DNA from: Octopus bimaculoides
Lineage: Eukaryota
Assembly (NCBI RefSeq): GCF_001194135.2
Contig: NC_068983.1
Span: 69,698,450 to 69,748,213, forward strand
DNA length: 49,764 nt
Reading direction: 5' to 3'
Shown here: positions 25,310 through 38,029 of the stretch, piece by piece
Layout of the letters: each line of letters starts with the position of its first letter
How positions within the stretch are numbered: position 1 is the first letter of the stretch
Position numbers and translations under genes: made by a program
The notes under the pieces: generated by a model
What the model was told of the DNA's origin: nothing
What the model saw: only the letters and a program-made list of their open reading frames with translations
Databases searched by the model: none

Positions 25310-26314
25310 AAATAATAGCTAAACGTCGCTTAAATTACAGACTAGAGACTTGAATAAGGAAAGAAAAGAAATCGTTAGATAACTTAACCCTACATACTTC
25401 TAAAAGAAACAAAAAAGCAGGATGGTCATAGTTGGAATGTATTTGATTATAAGTCTTGTCTACTCAATTAGGGTTTCACTGAGCCTAAGTAGCAAGAACT
25501 AAGACAACTACTGAAGCAACAACCACTGTATAAAAGAATCAACTCCTGTTGGAGTCATAGGGTTACTTTTATAATACATATGGCTTGCCTTGCGCATTCA
25601 GCCTAGCAGGTTCTATCCGTCCTTGATCACTGCCGATTTCTTCTTCTACTAGAGAGACAATAAAAAACGAATAAAAGTAAGAGATAAGGAAGAATCGAAC
25701 ATTAAACTTTATTTACATACACTGATAGAGTGAAAGACAAATTTAACCTTCATGGAATTTCAGCATTTAGTACAGAAACCCGGAACGAACATCGCATGTC
25801 TTTCCATCCAACTCTCTAGCAACTCTTCCAAATGAACGCTATAATAAATACCGTACAACAAATACCATAGAGAGGAGACATGATTGTATCATGTTGCTGA
25901 ACAGCCCCCCGCCCCCCCAGAAAAATAGCTTATATAACAAAAAAATGTCTAACACAAGCAAGCAAAAGGTCTGATATTTTGTGGAGGATGTTTCACTTGA
26001 TTATATGGAACTCAGCTTTAGACTAATATTTACTTTTACTGACTCGATAGAATTTGGACAACAAATAACAAAGGAATGTGGCTAAATTCTGCAAAAACAT
26101 TTTGCAGCTCTGTTTAATGAAAGAAATTGAAGACATAAAACGAAATTTTTAACATATTTTGCGCTTGAAACCACAAAATCGAAGCTGTAATTAACATTTT
26201 TAACTTAATGAAACAATGTTATGAAAATTTCTAAGTTTATATATGAAAATTGAAATGAGTACTTTTTTTAAAACGTCGGACTTCTACACTGCTATTCTGT
26301 AACTACATTACTCT

Positions 26315-26712
26315 AGATGTCTTATAGCTAAGAATAACTAAACACATATAGGAGCATGGCTATATCGACTGCTTGGTGGACCATAATCTTCGTCTTCAAA
26401 GTTAGGGCTTTGTTTTTAAATACATGTCTTGTTAGTTTACCGAAAGCTGAGTTAGCCGATCTGATTCTTCGTTCCACATCTTACCCAGAATTGCATTTGG
26501 TGGAGAACACGCTTCCAAGGTAAACAAAATGATTAGCTTGAACAAGTGGTGTGCTCTAAATGACAATGTTAAAGCCCAGAAGGGCAGGATTCGGGACTGG
26601 TTGGGCGGGGACTTGAGTATTTTTTAGTATCTTAGAGCCCAAAACGTTGATATGCATTGGTGCAATTATTGACAGCTTCTTGCAGTTCAATATATGATTA
26701 TGCACTCTACAT
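26315..26712 (-). pseudogene. RTE-clade LINE reverse transcriptase fragment
   Basis: Minus-strand translation gives ELQEAVNNCTNAYQRFGL, then after a frameshift NHFVYLGSVFSTKCNSG*DVERRIRSANSAFGKLTRHVFKNKALTLKTKIMVHQAVDIAMLLY. These are the characteristic RTE/BovB RT C-terminal motifs (F.YLGS, RI..A..AFG.L, TK..VY.A.V...LLYG). Confidence 0.92.
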
Positions 26713-27129
26713 TAACAATATGTGAATAATTAAAAACAAACATTTATGAAAAAATGAAAGATGACGCAACGCCTTGTGGAGCGCAAATTCATTAGATTGT
26801 TGAACAAATTCAGGGATCAGTTTTCAAAATTGCGTATTTTTTAGGACATAATTTGGGCGTTTCTCAGTAAAGATTAATATATACAGGAAACATTAAAAAA
26901 TATATCAAAAATGTAAACTGACTATGTACAAATTGACACCCTCCTCCTCTTCGTTAGATTCTCGTCTTTTCTCATAATTCTGAGAATAGAAAATGGTTTT
27001 TACTGAAAGATTTACAGTTTGTTCATTTTTAATTCAATTAGTCGAGAACAATGTTTCTTAAGTTTTAAAAAATGTGAAAAAGAGAAAGAAAAGAAAAAGG
27101 AAAACAAAAGTAATAATCTTTTATCTTTG

Positions 27130-27458
27130 TATTTCATATTTTGCTTGTTTTAGTCATGGAACTACTGCTATGCTGGGTTCACTATCAGGTTCTTATTCTA
27201 CCGGTCTCTTTTGCAAAACTGCTAGATAACGAAAATGTAAACAAACTAACACCGGTTGTCGATTGGTGGTAGGGGGATAAACACAAAGATACACCCCACA
27301 AACACATAACGGACTTCGACACAGTTTCCGTCTACCAAATTCACTCACAAGGCACTGTCCAACTCGGGGCTATAGCAGACAGCATATGCACAAGGCGCTG
27401 CGCAGTGGGGATGACTCCGAAGGCGCATGGTTGTAAAGCAAGCTTTTTAACTGCATAG
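27130..27458 (-). mobile_element. tRNA-derived SINE (cttgggcaag/gacggaaactg family), diverged
   Basis: cagtttccgtctaccaaattcactcacaaggc is the reverse complement of the 43437 body. The tail matches 37762-37962. Confidence 0.85.
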
Positions 27459-27978
27459 ACCTTCACGATGACAGTAGGAATTTTCACAAAATGATTGTGT
27501 GCAGTCCAAGCAATCCTTCACGTTGTTTTGGCTACATTACAATGCATAGTTCCAGTAAAATTTGTTTTCAGTCACATAAACGCTGCGCCAGATTTGGTTG
27601 ATCCGGTGTTTTACAAGTTTGCTTTCGTTTGGATCAATCTTGAGTGCGTTTTAAGTATGCGCGCGCGCCTGTGTATTTGTAACTGCTTACATGTTTAAAT
27701 GTATGTATATATATATATATATATATNNNNNNNNNNNNNNNNNNNNNNNNNNNNNNNNNNNNNNNNNNNNNNNNNNNNNNNNNNNNNNNNNNNNNNNNNN
27801 NNNNNNNNNNNNNNNNNNNNNNNNNNNNNNNNNNNNNNNNNNNNNNNNNNNNNNNNNNNNNNNNNNNNNNNNNNNNNNNNNNNNNNNNNNNNNNNNNNNN
27901 NNNNNNNNNNNNNNNNNNNNNNNNNNNNNNNNNNNNNNNNNNNNNNNNNNNNNNNNNNNNNNNNNNNNNNNNNNNNNN

Positions 27979-28019
<41 letters not shown>

Positions 28020-30039
28020 ATAAGAAATAAAAATTGTTTCACCACCGTTACTGCTCGCAAGAAATATAAAGGCATCCCCAGAAATACTTCATAATACAAA
28101 CGTGTAAACGTATAAAAGCGACCCTTCGTGTTGGAAACTAACGTTATTGGAAGTAACTTGAGCTGAACGAAAGCAAATTGATTTCATAGTTAAGTATTTT
28201 TTACTGAGGAGAAACAAAACAGGAAAATAAAACCTATGAAGTTAGTCCAAAAAGCAATGCAATATTTCCTTTGTCTATGGATATCATGTAGGGTAAAGAA
28301 TAATCTTATTTTAATGAATAATTGAATAACAAGGCTTTTCTTTAGATCTTTTAGTATCAAAGTGCCTGCTTGAAGAGGACTTCTAAAGTAAGAATTAATG
28401 TAGACTCTTTACAGAGTCTTGATAAAAAGAATAGAACCCTAGAGATTAACTGTTCAAAGTTCTAGTATTAAAGTAAAAGAAACGATACCTACTCTCTGAA
28501 TACCTAGTTTAGTGGAATATCAGCTACAGTATAACTAATGAATAAAGATGAGGTAACCCTTAACACTTTCTTATTAATATACACCTGTGAGAATACTAAG
28601 TGAAGGCGTAGGGAAAAGATGGAATAACGTTGGCTAGACTATAAATAACTTTTATTATCTTAATTTTAAAAATAATAATAGATTATTAAACTGATACAGT
28701 TAAATTCTACATAGTGGCAAAAGATTCTTGCTAATTTCCCTCTAAGTTGTATTTTAAAGTCAAGCTTTATAACTATAATAATTGGAAGCTAAAACATGGA
28801 ATTTATATATTTTACTTCTGTTGCATGTAACATGTACAATAGCTTTAGAACATTTTGCTGTATTTCTAGCTGATTATCTTCTCGCACGCAATTTTTTTTA
28901 GATATCTTTGTGATTACACACAGACACACACATACATATGTATATGTGCGCGTGGGTATATACACGAGTATACGTACTTGTGTGCGTGTGCATGTTTGTA
29001 TATGCATCTGCGTATGGGATTCACTTTCTTTGGTTATTAATCTTACCATTCTCCTTTGGTTTTATTTTTGCTCAGAAACTAATTCTTTAATCTTATTATT
29101 TCATATATGATCACGGATATGCTTCATGCAATACATGCTTGACTATCAGTATTAAGGGAACTGAAGGCAGCTTTATAGACGTATTTTTTCCCACATGCAC
29201 ACACCTGGGGCTGATAAGTGTTATCATATAGATACTACCATATTATTATAACAGTTGCTGTAATACCACTCAACAGATTCCATAGATAACTAGATATCAT
29301 TTCACGGCAAACTATAAAAGCTATTTCACAATACTTTATGTCTCTTTCAGAAACTGGGTGGTGAAGTTTAATTTGGTGAAATATATTTTTAGATAATACA
29401 TAAAGCTATATCTAACGGCTTAAAAAGCATATTTCTTTCCCTTAGAAATAGTATTNNNNNNNNNNNNNNNNNNNNNNNNNNNNNNNNNNNNNNNNNNNNN
29501 NNNNNNNNNNNNNNNNNNNNNNNNNNNNNNNNNNNNNNNNNNNNNNNNNNNNNNNNNNNNNNNNNNNNNNNNNNNNNNNNNNNNNNNNNNNNNNNNNNNN
29601 NNNNNNNNNNNNNNNNNNNNNNNNNNNNNNNNNNNNNNNNNNNNNNNNNNNNNNNNNNNNNNNNNNNNNNNNNNNNNNNNNNNNNNNNNNNNNNNNNNNN
29701 NNNNNNNNNNNNNNNNNNNNNNNNNNNNNNNNNNNNNNNNNNNNNNNNNNNNNNNNNNNNNNNNNNNNNNNNNNNNNNNNNNNNNNNNNNNNNNNNNNNN
29801 NNNNNNNNNNNNNNNNNNNNNNNNNNNNNNNNNNNNNNNNNNNNNNNNNNNNNNNNNNNNNNNNNNNNNNNNNNNNNNNNNNNNNNNNNNNNNNNNNNNN
29901 NNNNNNNNNNNNNNNNNNNNNNNNNNNNNNNNNNNNNNNNNNNNNNNNNNNNNNNNNNNNNNNNNNNNNNNNNNNNNNNNNNNNNNNNNNNNNNNNNNNN
30001 NNNNNNTCGGGCATTTAAGTTATTAGTTATTATATAATA

Positions 30040-30300
30040 TCATGTAATATAGTATATATATAAATATATATTACACACGTACATACATACACATATACAC
30101 ACTTACATACATACACACAGGCACACACACATACATACACGCATACACACATACGTATATACATATACACATACATACATACACACAGACACACAGACAC
30201 ACACACATACATACATACACACATACACATACATACATACACACATACACATACATACAAACATACATGCATGTATACATACATACATACATACATACAA
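30040..30300. repeat. (TACA)/(CA)/(CAGA) degenerate microsatellite
   Basis: Directly visible. Confidence 0.9.
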
Positions 30301-30473
30301 ATTTAATAGACTTGTATAAATGAGATATACTTACAGTATGCAAATTAGTAGATCCAATTCTCTGCCGGGTGGCAGCAGCGCTTAGAACCAAACATATAGG
30401 TTAAATAATGTCAGTAGTCATTGTTAAATTTTTCACTATATTCTAGTTCATTGTTAATATTTCAATGACAAAA

Positions 30474-30906
30474 AAGCGGCGAGGCGGCAGTAACGTTAAC
30501 ACACAGAGCGAAAATGCTTAGCAGTATATTGTCTACCGTTACGTTATGAGTTCAAATTCCGCCGAGGTCGACTTTGCCTTTCATCCTTTCGAGGACGATA
30601 AATTAAGTAGCAGTTACGCACTGGGGTCGATGTAATCGACTTAATCGCTTTGTCTGTCCTTGTTTGTCCCCTCTATGTTTAGCCCCTTGTGGGCAATAAA
30701 GAAATAAGAAACGTTAGCACGCAGGGCGAAATGCTTAGCGGTATTTCGTCAGTCTTTACGTTCTGAGTTCAAATTCCGCCGAAGTCGACTTTGCCTTTCA
30801 TTCTTTCGGGGTCGATAAATTAAGTAGCAGTTGCGTACTGGGATCGATCTAATCAACTTGCCCCCTCCCCAAAAGTTACGGGCTTTGATCTTAGAGTAGA
30901 TAAGAA
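30474..30906 (+). mobile_element. SINE dimer (Meta/MESC-like), followed by an older degenerate SINE at about 30918-31030
   Basis: Two units join at aagaaataagaa|acgttagcac (30710/30711), with the same tails in the same order as in 3337-3977. Confidence 0.88.
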
Positions 30907-31143
30907 TATTTCAGTGGTAAGGTGGAGTGGCTGAAACTGTAGAAACCAATAATTACACTTTTCACGTTTTAAGTTCAAATCCCCAGTAGTATCATGTTTG
31001 TCTTTCCTTTCTCCGGATCGATAAAATTGGTGAAAAATATTAAGAAAAACAAATGCTGCGAATATTTTACCTCAAGCCAGCCCTTTGATCGTGAAAAATT
31101 GCTCTAATGAAAGTATGTTTGGATGTATTTATACTGCATTCCG

Positions 31144-31522
31144 AGTGGAGGCGCAATGGCCAAGTGGGTAGGGCAGCGGACTCGCGGTCATAGGATCGCG
31201 GTTTCGATTCCCAGACTGCGCGTTGTGAGTGTTTATTGAGCGAAAACACCTAAAGCTCCACGAGGCTCCGGCAGGGGATGGTGGTAAACCCTGCTGTACT
31301 CTATCACCACAACTTTCTCTCACTGTTACTTCCTTTTTCTGTTGTGCCTGTAATTCAAAGGGTCAGCCTTGTCACGCTGAATATCCCCGAGAACTACGTT
31401 AAGGGTACACGTGTCTGTGGAGTGCTCAGCCACTTGCACGTTAATTTCACGAGCTGGTTGTTCCGTTGATCGTATCAACTGGAACCCTCAACGTCGTAAG
31501 TGACGGAGTGCCAACAAACAAA
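31144..31522 (+). mobile_element. Full-length tRNA(Arg)-like SINE with 13-bp TSD
   Basis: The head gtggaggcgcaatggccaagtggg...ggtttcgattccc has A/B-box-like motifs, and the tail is gacggagtgccaacaa. The TSD atactg(c/t)attccg is at 31131-31143 and 31523-31535. Confidence 0.92.
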
Positions 31523-33097
31523 ATACTGTATTCCGTTTTTTGTATAAACTGATTCTTCATTTTATATTAGCCCGAATGTCTGTTGTAGTTACTTGCTCCT
31601 GTATTTCTTATACAAGTCACCATAGCTGGATTAAATTATAATCAAAGATGTTCTAGCCATGGTCAATCCATATTTTGTATATCTATAACTATGCTGCCTA
31701 ATGCATCCTTCTTTTTTGAAATGATATGGTGTGATTTGAGGGACATTTGGTGGTTATGTTTTTACCAGGTCGAATAACCACATAGACCACGTCCAATATT
31801 TCGCCATATGTCGAATTTGAAACCATCTAACGAAGTCTTTAAAACCACATATGGAAAATAAATAAATAAATAAATCAGTTGTTCAGATCTGAAGGCCAAA
31901 GCAATCATTGAATATATATTGTATATCTACAGACTTACAAAATTACGTATTCATTATTTTTCTCCAAAAGTTCTTTTATACTTGAACTTGAAGTTTGTTC
32001 ATCGTACTAAAAGAGGTAGACCGCCATTATCGTAAAGTAGAGCAGCATATCAATCTTATGAAAAATAAATAAATAAATTGTGGATTTTTCTTGAGCTAAA
32101 GTTAGAAATCACTTCTTCCAATCTCGTGTTCTACATGGTTTATTTGCTTCTAGATAAAAATCACTTCCTCTCATCTCTTCTTCCTTGAGGTTTTATTTGA
32201 CCTTCATGCGCAAGAGTAAGCAGTTTCACTTTTCCTCTCAAACTCCTATATAAGCGAACTATTATGCAATTTACTTCAAACATTAACGTTATTTCATACT
32301 ATGAGGAATGTCTTCGTATTTAAAAAAAATGGTATTTAATTATGTTCTATTTTAAACCTTCAGAAAATCATGCTTTAATTTTAAAAGATTAAATTTACTC
32401 TAAGAATCAGATGCACACCTTACAATTAATAAGACGATATATTTTTTTATTGATTCTTCTATAAGTTATTGCCGCATTCAGTCAACATTTTCAATTTGAA
32501 TTTTGATAATCCTCACTTAATTAATCCTTTAACTGATTTACTTTTTCATCTGGAAATTAAAAGGTGGAGTTTAATTAAGGTTCAAGGAGAAAGAGGAATG
32601 TTTATTGACTTTCTTTTCGTCTCCTTGCACTCCAGGAAGGAATCGAAACTTCATCAAGTTGAAGTTCATTTGCTGAGTGTTCTGCTTCAATTGAGGCAAA
32701 CCAAAAGTTATTGAGCAACAGGGATAGAATTCTAAAAGGATACATTTTTTTGAGAAGGAAACAGAAAAGGAAAACTAGAGAAGAAATTGTGCAGAATGGT
32801 ACAATGATTATGATTATTATCCAAACATTTGGAAGTGGTAAAGTGGAATAAACGTATACTCGTACTGACTTATATTTTTTCTATCGATCAGGGAAGGATA
32901 AAAAGCTAAGTCGCTCCTCCCTTACCTAATTTGTTTTCAGACATTACCAAATACCTTAAGGGAATTTTCCCATTGCTCTACCGATTCTGTAATCAACTTC
33001 AATATTAACCAAAAATCAACTAAATGAAAACCAAAAGAAAAAAGTAAGCATCTTGTCAGAATTTGGATAATTATTAATGTCATCAATATATGAAATA

Positions 33098-33270
33098 ATG
33101 TTCTTATGAAAGTCTGTGTTTCGATGTATTTATAGTATTAATATTACATTTCGGTTTTGTATAAACTGATTCTGCGTTTTATATTAATCCGAATGTTTGT
33201 TGTAGTTAGTTACTTATACAACTATTGGCGTTTCTTACACAAGTCACCAAGCTGGATTAAATTATAATCA
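33098..33270 (+). repeat. Diverged local duplicate of the flanks of the 31144 SINE (SINE absent)
   Basis: atgaaagt.tgt.tt.gatgtatttata and ttttgtataaactgattct...caagtcacca.agctggattaaattataatca align with 31100-31143 plus 31536-31645. Confidence 0.8.
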
Positions 33271-35014
33271 GATTTCTTGATTGAAAATCTTAAGGTTCGA
33301 AAAGTGCTCCTTAAAAATGTAATTATATATTTTTATATGTATTCATTGATTATTCAGTAGTTTCTGAGATAAAGTGAGCCCTCAATTAGCAATCCACCAA
33401 GCAACATGCCAGGCCAAAAGTTTGTGGCTCCAAATTCCTTGGTAATTGGATATAAGGCCAGGCTCTAGCAGTGCCTTCAGAACTGAATATTCTGGCTATA
33501 TATTTGCAGGGCTTTTCTGTATGTGTTATTGTTGTTGTTTAGGCTCAGGTCAAGCCGCATCGGGTTGACCTATGACGAAAGGTATTCTGGTTATAAAAAT
33601 CCTACCCTTTTGTATATTTCAGTGTGTTCATTATTTAAGAAAACTTATTTGTTAGAGAGTTGACTGCTATTCTTAGCAGGTTGACTAACGGTACAGTGGT
33701 TTCCTGTATATATAGTATTACTGTATCAAAGAATTGGCAGAGGTTATTCTGCTCTGCTGGTTTGCTTTTTGATGAGTGCTTGCTCTGAGTTGTGTCAGGA
33801 TGCCTTTTGAAGGAGTCAGAGGAAACAGTGACGGTGAAACAGGAATTGATGAGTGTACATATGAACGAGAGTTTTTTCCTGTAAGACGACATCAATGACA
33901 CTTAAATCTTCTTGCATATCAATTACCTGACATCCGTAATATTTTTTTCTTTTTTCAGAAAAATTAGAAATATTATTTTTTTCAAAAACTTAATTAGGTG
34001 TTCCAACGTCCGTCATTTTAAATGGATATAAATTACATACCCTCAAACAAAACATTTTGTATTATAAGGTCTCTGTAGCAGTCCCTTCAAAAAAATTTAG
34101 TATTAAGCTGCACTGATAAGAGTATAAGAACCATCCAACTTTTGGGTTGCTTATCCGTCACTCGTGTTTTCGCTCTCCCATTTACTCTTATGGTGTGGTA
34201 ATTAATTCAGTTTGTTTCCATTCATTTAACTCAGGAATATCTTCTGCTTATGCTTGAAAACACGTAGTAATCGAACCATTTAACAACCTATAACTATTTT
34301 AACAGTGTATTAACAACTGCTATGTGTGCATTTTATGCTTAGTCTGTACTTTCTATAATCAAAAGCTTTTAACTCATAACACGCATGAGTAAATGTAAAT
34401 AATATAGATGATTCTCTATTTAAAATGGAGAAATTTAGCAAATCAGTTTTTCTTAATTTTGAATCTCAGCTTAAACGTGCAATCTATTCTTTGCTGTACT
34501 GCTACCATTTTTATTTACTTAGTCTAATATTTTTTGGCATTTATTACCAAATTTACAGACATTTATGAAATTATATACTTTCACGTTTTATTCTGATAAT
34601 TTTGTCTTTTAACTTTCTTCTCCTCTTCACAAAATTGCTGAATGTTTCTTTTTTCCAATCAATTTAATTCATGGTTGGATTAAAGTTCAATTTGTTACGT
34701 CGTAGCTTTTAGCTAAGCAATTTCGTGATTAAACTTCAGATTTTTCTAGTATATATTTATGCTGTACGCATAATTAAAATAATCACTGAGATAATATGCA
34801 CACCGATTAAGAACTGTTTCTATAGCTGCGTTACTTCAAGCTATACACTATATTAACTTGACAATGAGTTATTGACCAAGTAAAATACCTGCAAGAGATT
34901 AATACAAATGTCTGTGTGTGTGATAACAATTCACATAAACCAAAACGAAGACATCTGATATTATTGTATTCGTACCGTTTGTAAGTAATCTTATTTCAAT
35001 ATATATTGTAATGT

Positions 35015-35228
35015 AAGGCGACGAGCTAGTAGAATCGTTAGCACGCCGGGCAAAATGTTTAGCGGCATTTCGTCCGCCTGGACGTTCTGACTTCAAATTC
35101 CACCGAGGTCGACTTTTCCATTCATCCTTTCGGGGTTGATAAAATAAGCACCGGTTTTGCACCGGGGTCGATGAAATCGACTAGTTCCCACCCCCAAAAT
35201 TTCAGGCATTGTGTCTTTGATAGAAAAG
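35015..35228 (+). mobile_element. SINE (Meta/MESC-like), agaaaag-tail type
   Basis: Same family as 8512, flanked by a 59-bp direct repeat (34960-35018, 35229-35287). Confidence 0.9.
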
Positions 35229-35283
35229 ATTATTGTATTCGCACTGCTTGTATGTAATCTTATTTCAATATATATTGGAAAGT

Positions 35284-35480
35284 AAGGCTACGAGCCAGCC
35301 AAAATGCTTAGCGACATTTCGTCTGCCTTCATGTTCTGAGTTCAAATGCCGCCGAAGTTGACTTTGCCTGTCATCCCTTTCGGGGTCGATAAAAGAAGTA
35401 TCAGTTAAGCACTAGGATCGATGTAATCGATTTAGCCCCGCTAGCTCAAAATTGCTGGCCTTGTGCCAAAATTTGATCCC
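35284..35480 (+). mobile_element. SINE (Meta/MESC-like), aaattgctggccttgtgccaaaatttga-tail type; a further degenerate copy follows at about 35510-35690
   Basis: Core gttctgagttcaaatgccgccgaagttgactttgcc...ctttcggggtcgataaaa. Confidence 0.85.
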
Positions 35481-35919
35481 ATTATTTATTGTAAAGATTG
35501 AATAAGCTGAAATGGAATTATCAGAAGATAACCGGACAAAATGCTCTGCAGTGTTTAGTTACTTTCATTAATGTTCTAAATTCAGACCCAATTAAGGTAG
35601 ACTTTACTCCCTCGCAGGGTCGATGAAATAAATATCAGTTAAGTACTAAAGTAGATTTATAGCATATAGTGTTACCGAGATTTGTGGCTTTATGTCTCTC
35701 TTAGAAATCGTTACATATCATCTATTTTTCAGTCGACGAACAAGCCTTAGTGACTTCCTTGACAAACACATAGTGTTTAACATGAAATTTTTATGGAAGA
35801 ACACAATAAGAGTTTCCAGTAGCTCTCGTTCCAGTGTTGTTTTACAAGACACTATCTTGTTGGTTATAGCCAATTCTGAGTGAGTAAGAAGAAAGAAAGA
35901 AAAAAAAAACGAAGCAAAA

Positions 35920-36072
35920 ACTGATTCCAGTATTTGACTGCTATTTTATTTATGAACCACAAAGAATGAATGACATAGTTCAGCTCGGCGGCATTTGAAT
36001 TCAGAATATAAAACTGGATCAAACACCTTAAGGAAATCTCTCGCTCAAAAGCCCCTACCAACTCGCTGCTTA
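35920..36072 (-). mobile_element. Old degenerate SINE
   Basis: agctcggcggcatttgaattcagaa...ccaactcgctgctt is the reverse complement of the B-box and head. Confidence 0.6.
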
Positions 36073-36592
36073 TTGTTCAGTATTACACGTATTTTATCAG
36101 TGTTACATGGTAATAATGGTAGGAGACACGAAAAGAGTGCTTGAGATGCAGTTTCTATGCCAAGTTGATTTATTTCACACAACTCACTGTCGCTTTCTGT
36201 TTGTTTGAGGCAGTTGGTACTTCACATGTTCCTCAAAATCGTACGCTAGAGAATCATTGGTTAACAATACTTAATTGATCTGTAATTATTACCTATTACT
36301 TACAACATCTCTTCCTCACATTGTGTCATGCTACAGTTGAAAGTGAAATTCCAGATTTTAGCAATACTAGGAGGCTTATATAATTTAGTCCTCATGTTAT
36401 GTAAATAGAATCAATAACAGATTCCATGTCTCATGTAAGGCACACCTACAAACATTTTAAAGTGATAATACAGTTTTAATATGCCCATTAGGTATTATAG
36501 TTTCACTAGACTTGTCCATCGTTCAGTTTTCTAGAAGAACCGACGACCGACTTTCTACTTGGTCGTCCGACCTACTAAAGGAAACATAATAT

Positions 36593-36593
<1 letters not shown>

Positions 36594-36624
<31 letters not shown>

Positions 36625-36728
36625 TGTATGTATGTATGTATGTATGTATGCATGTATGTATGTATGTATCTAACCATCTATATATCTATCACTTTATCTT
36701 CTTATCTATATACCTATCTATCTACAAG

Positions 36729-36765
<37 letters not shown>

Positions 36766-36837
36766 TTACCTACCTACCTACCTGCCTGCCTGCCTGCCTG
36801 CCTGCCTGCTTGCCTACATACCTACCTACCTACCTAC
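36594..36837. repeat. Graded tetranucleotide microsatellite (ATGT)n-(ATCT)n-(CCTG/CCTA)n
   Basis: Directly visible; it resumes at 38030-38062 after the hAT insert. Confidence 0.95.
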
Positions 36838-38029
36838 CAGCGGCGGCTCGTCTATAGGAACTGCGGAACTGCTGAAACCCCTGTTTCCACTCGATATTAT
36901 CGATAACATTCGATATAATGGGTCCTTTTTTTCTTTAATTCTTTCTTTATACTTGTACATTATATAATCCTTAAGCTTAATGTTAGTAGCCATCCTCTAG
37001 TTTATGAAAAAAATACAAAAATCCTTGTATAGAACTGTGTGTTTCACAGTTCCGGCGACGCGGTGTTTGGCTGTTTTGCGCATGCTCACATATCCAAGAT
37101 AGGAAGCTTCACACTAGGGAGAGAGAGTACTGCGTGAACGACAGTGCCGGGTGAAAGGTAGTGTTTCTTTTTGACTTCGCGTGTGTTATGCTTAAAAACG
37201 TGTTTATATTCTTGAATGTGATAAAGTGTAGAATTAGATTGTTATCCTGCTTTCAGCTTAGTGTTGCTGCCAGGATGAGAAAAATAGTGCACATCCTAGC
37301 CCCATTTTATGATTTGGGGGGGATTTTTGAAAAACAAGGGGGGAATTCGCGGCGGTGTCAAGTGAACAAATCAAACACACTACCCGGCAGTGGCTAAAAC
37401 GCGAACCGATCAAGTTTATGTATAGATTTTCTTTTTATATGTNNNNNNNNNNNNNNNNNNNNNNNNNNNNNNNNNNNNNNNNNNNNNNNNNNNNNNNNNN
37501 NNNNNNNNNNNNNNNNNNNNNNNNNNNNNNNNNNNNNNNNNNNNNNNNNNNNNNNNNNNNNNNNNNNNNNNNNNNNNNNNNNNNNNNNNNNNNNNNNNNN
37601 NNNNNNNNNNNNNNNNNNNNNNNNNNNNNNNNNNNNNNNNNNNNNNNNNNNNNNNNNNNNNNNNNNNNNNNNNNNNNNNNNNNNNNNNNNNNNNNNNNNN
37701 NNNNNNNNNNNNNNNNNNNNNNNNNNNNNNNNNNNNNNNNNNNNNNNNNNNNNNNNNNNNNTGTGTTCGTCCCCCTAGCATCGCTTGACAACCAATGCTG
37801 GTGTATTTATGTCCCTGTCAACTAGCGGTTCGGCAAAAAGAGCCCGATAGAATAAGTACTAGGCTTCCAAAGAATAAGTCCTGGGGTCGACTTGCTCGAC
37901 TAAAGGCGGTGCTCCAGCATGGCCGCAGTCAAATGACTGAAACAAGTAAAAGAGTAAAGAGTATTAAAACAACGGCTAAACATTTTCTGAAGCAGCTCCC
38001 CCACTAATTTCATCTACGAACCGCCACTG
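36838..38029. mobile_element. Non-autonomous hAT element inserted in a (CCTA)n tract, containing a gap and a nested SINE
   Basis: TIR cagcggcggctcgt / acgaaccgccactg (12/14). The 8-bp TSD ctacctac/ctacctat is weak on its own because the target is a repeat. Confidence 0.72.
37762..37962 (+). mobile_element. SINE 3' half (5' half in the gap)
   Basis: gcaaaaagagcccgatagaataagtac...ggcggtgctccagcatggccgcagtc..tgactgaaacaagtaaaagag; related to 27130 and 39880. Confidence 0.85.

Noticed and set aside
31144-31225. tRNA-like sequences (also 45533, 47040-47112, 43437, 8512)
   Set aside because: They have A/B-box-like motifs but no closable acceptor stem, and they continue into SINE bodies with TSDs. 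These are SINE heads, not tRNA genes.
37077-37086. NRF1-like TGCGCATGCT promoter motif
   Set aside because: It is a single imperfect motif inside a transposon, with no supporting transcription start or downstream exon.
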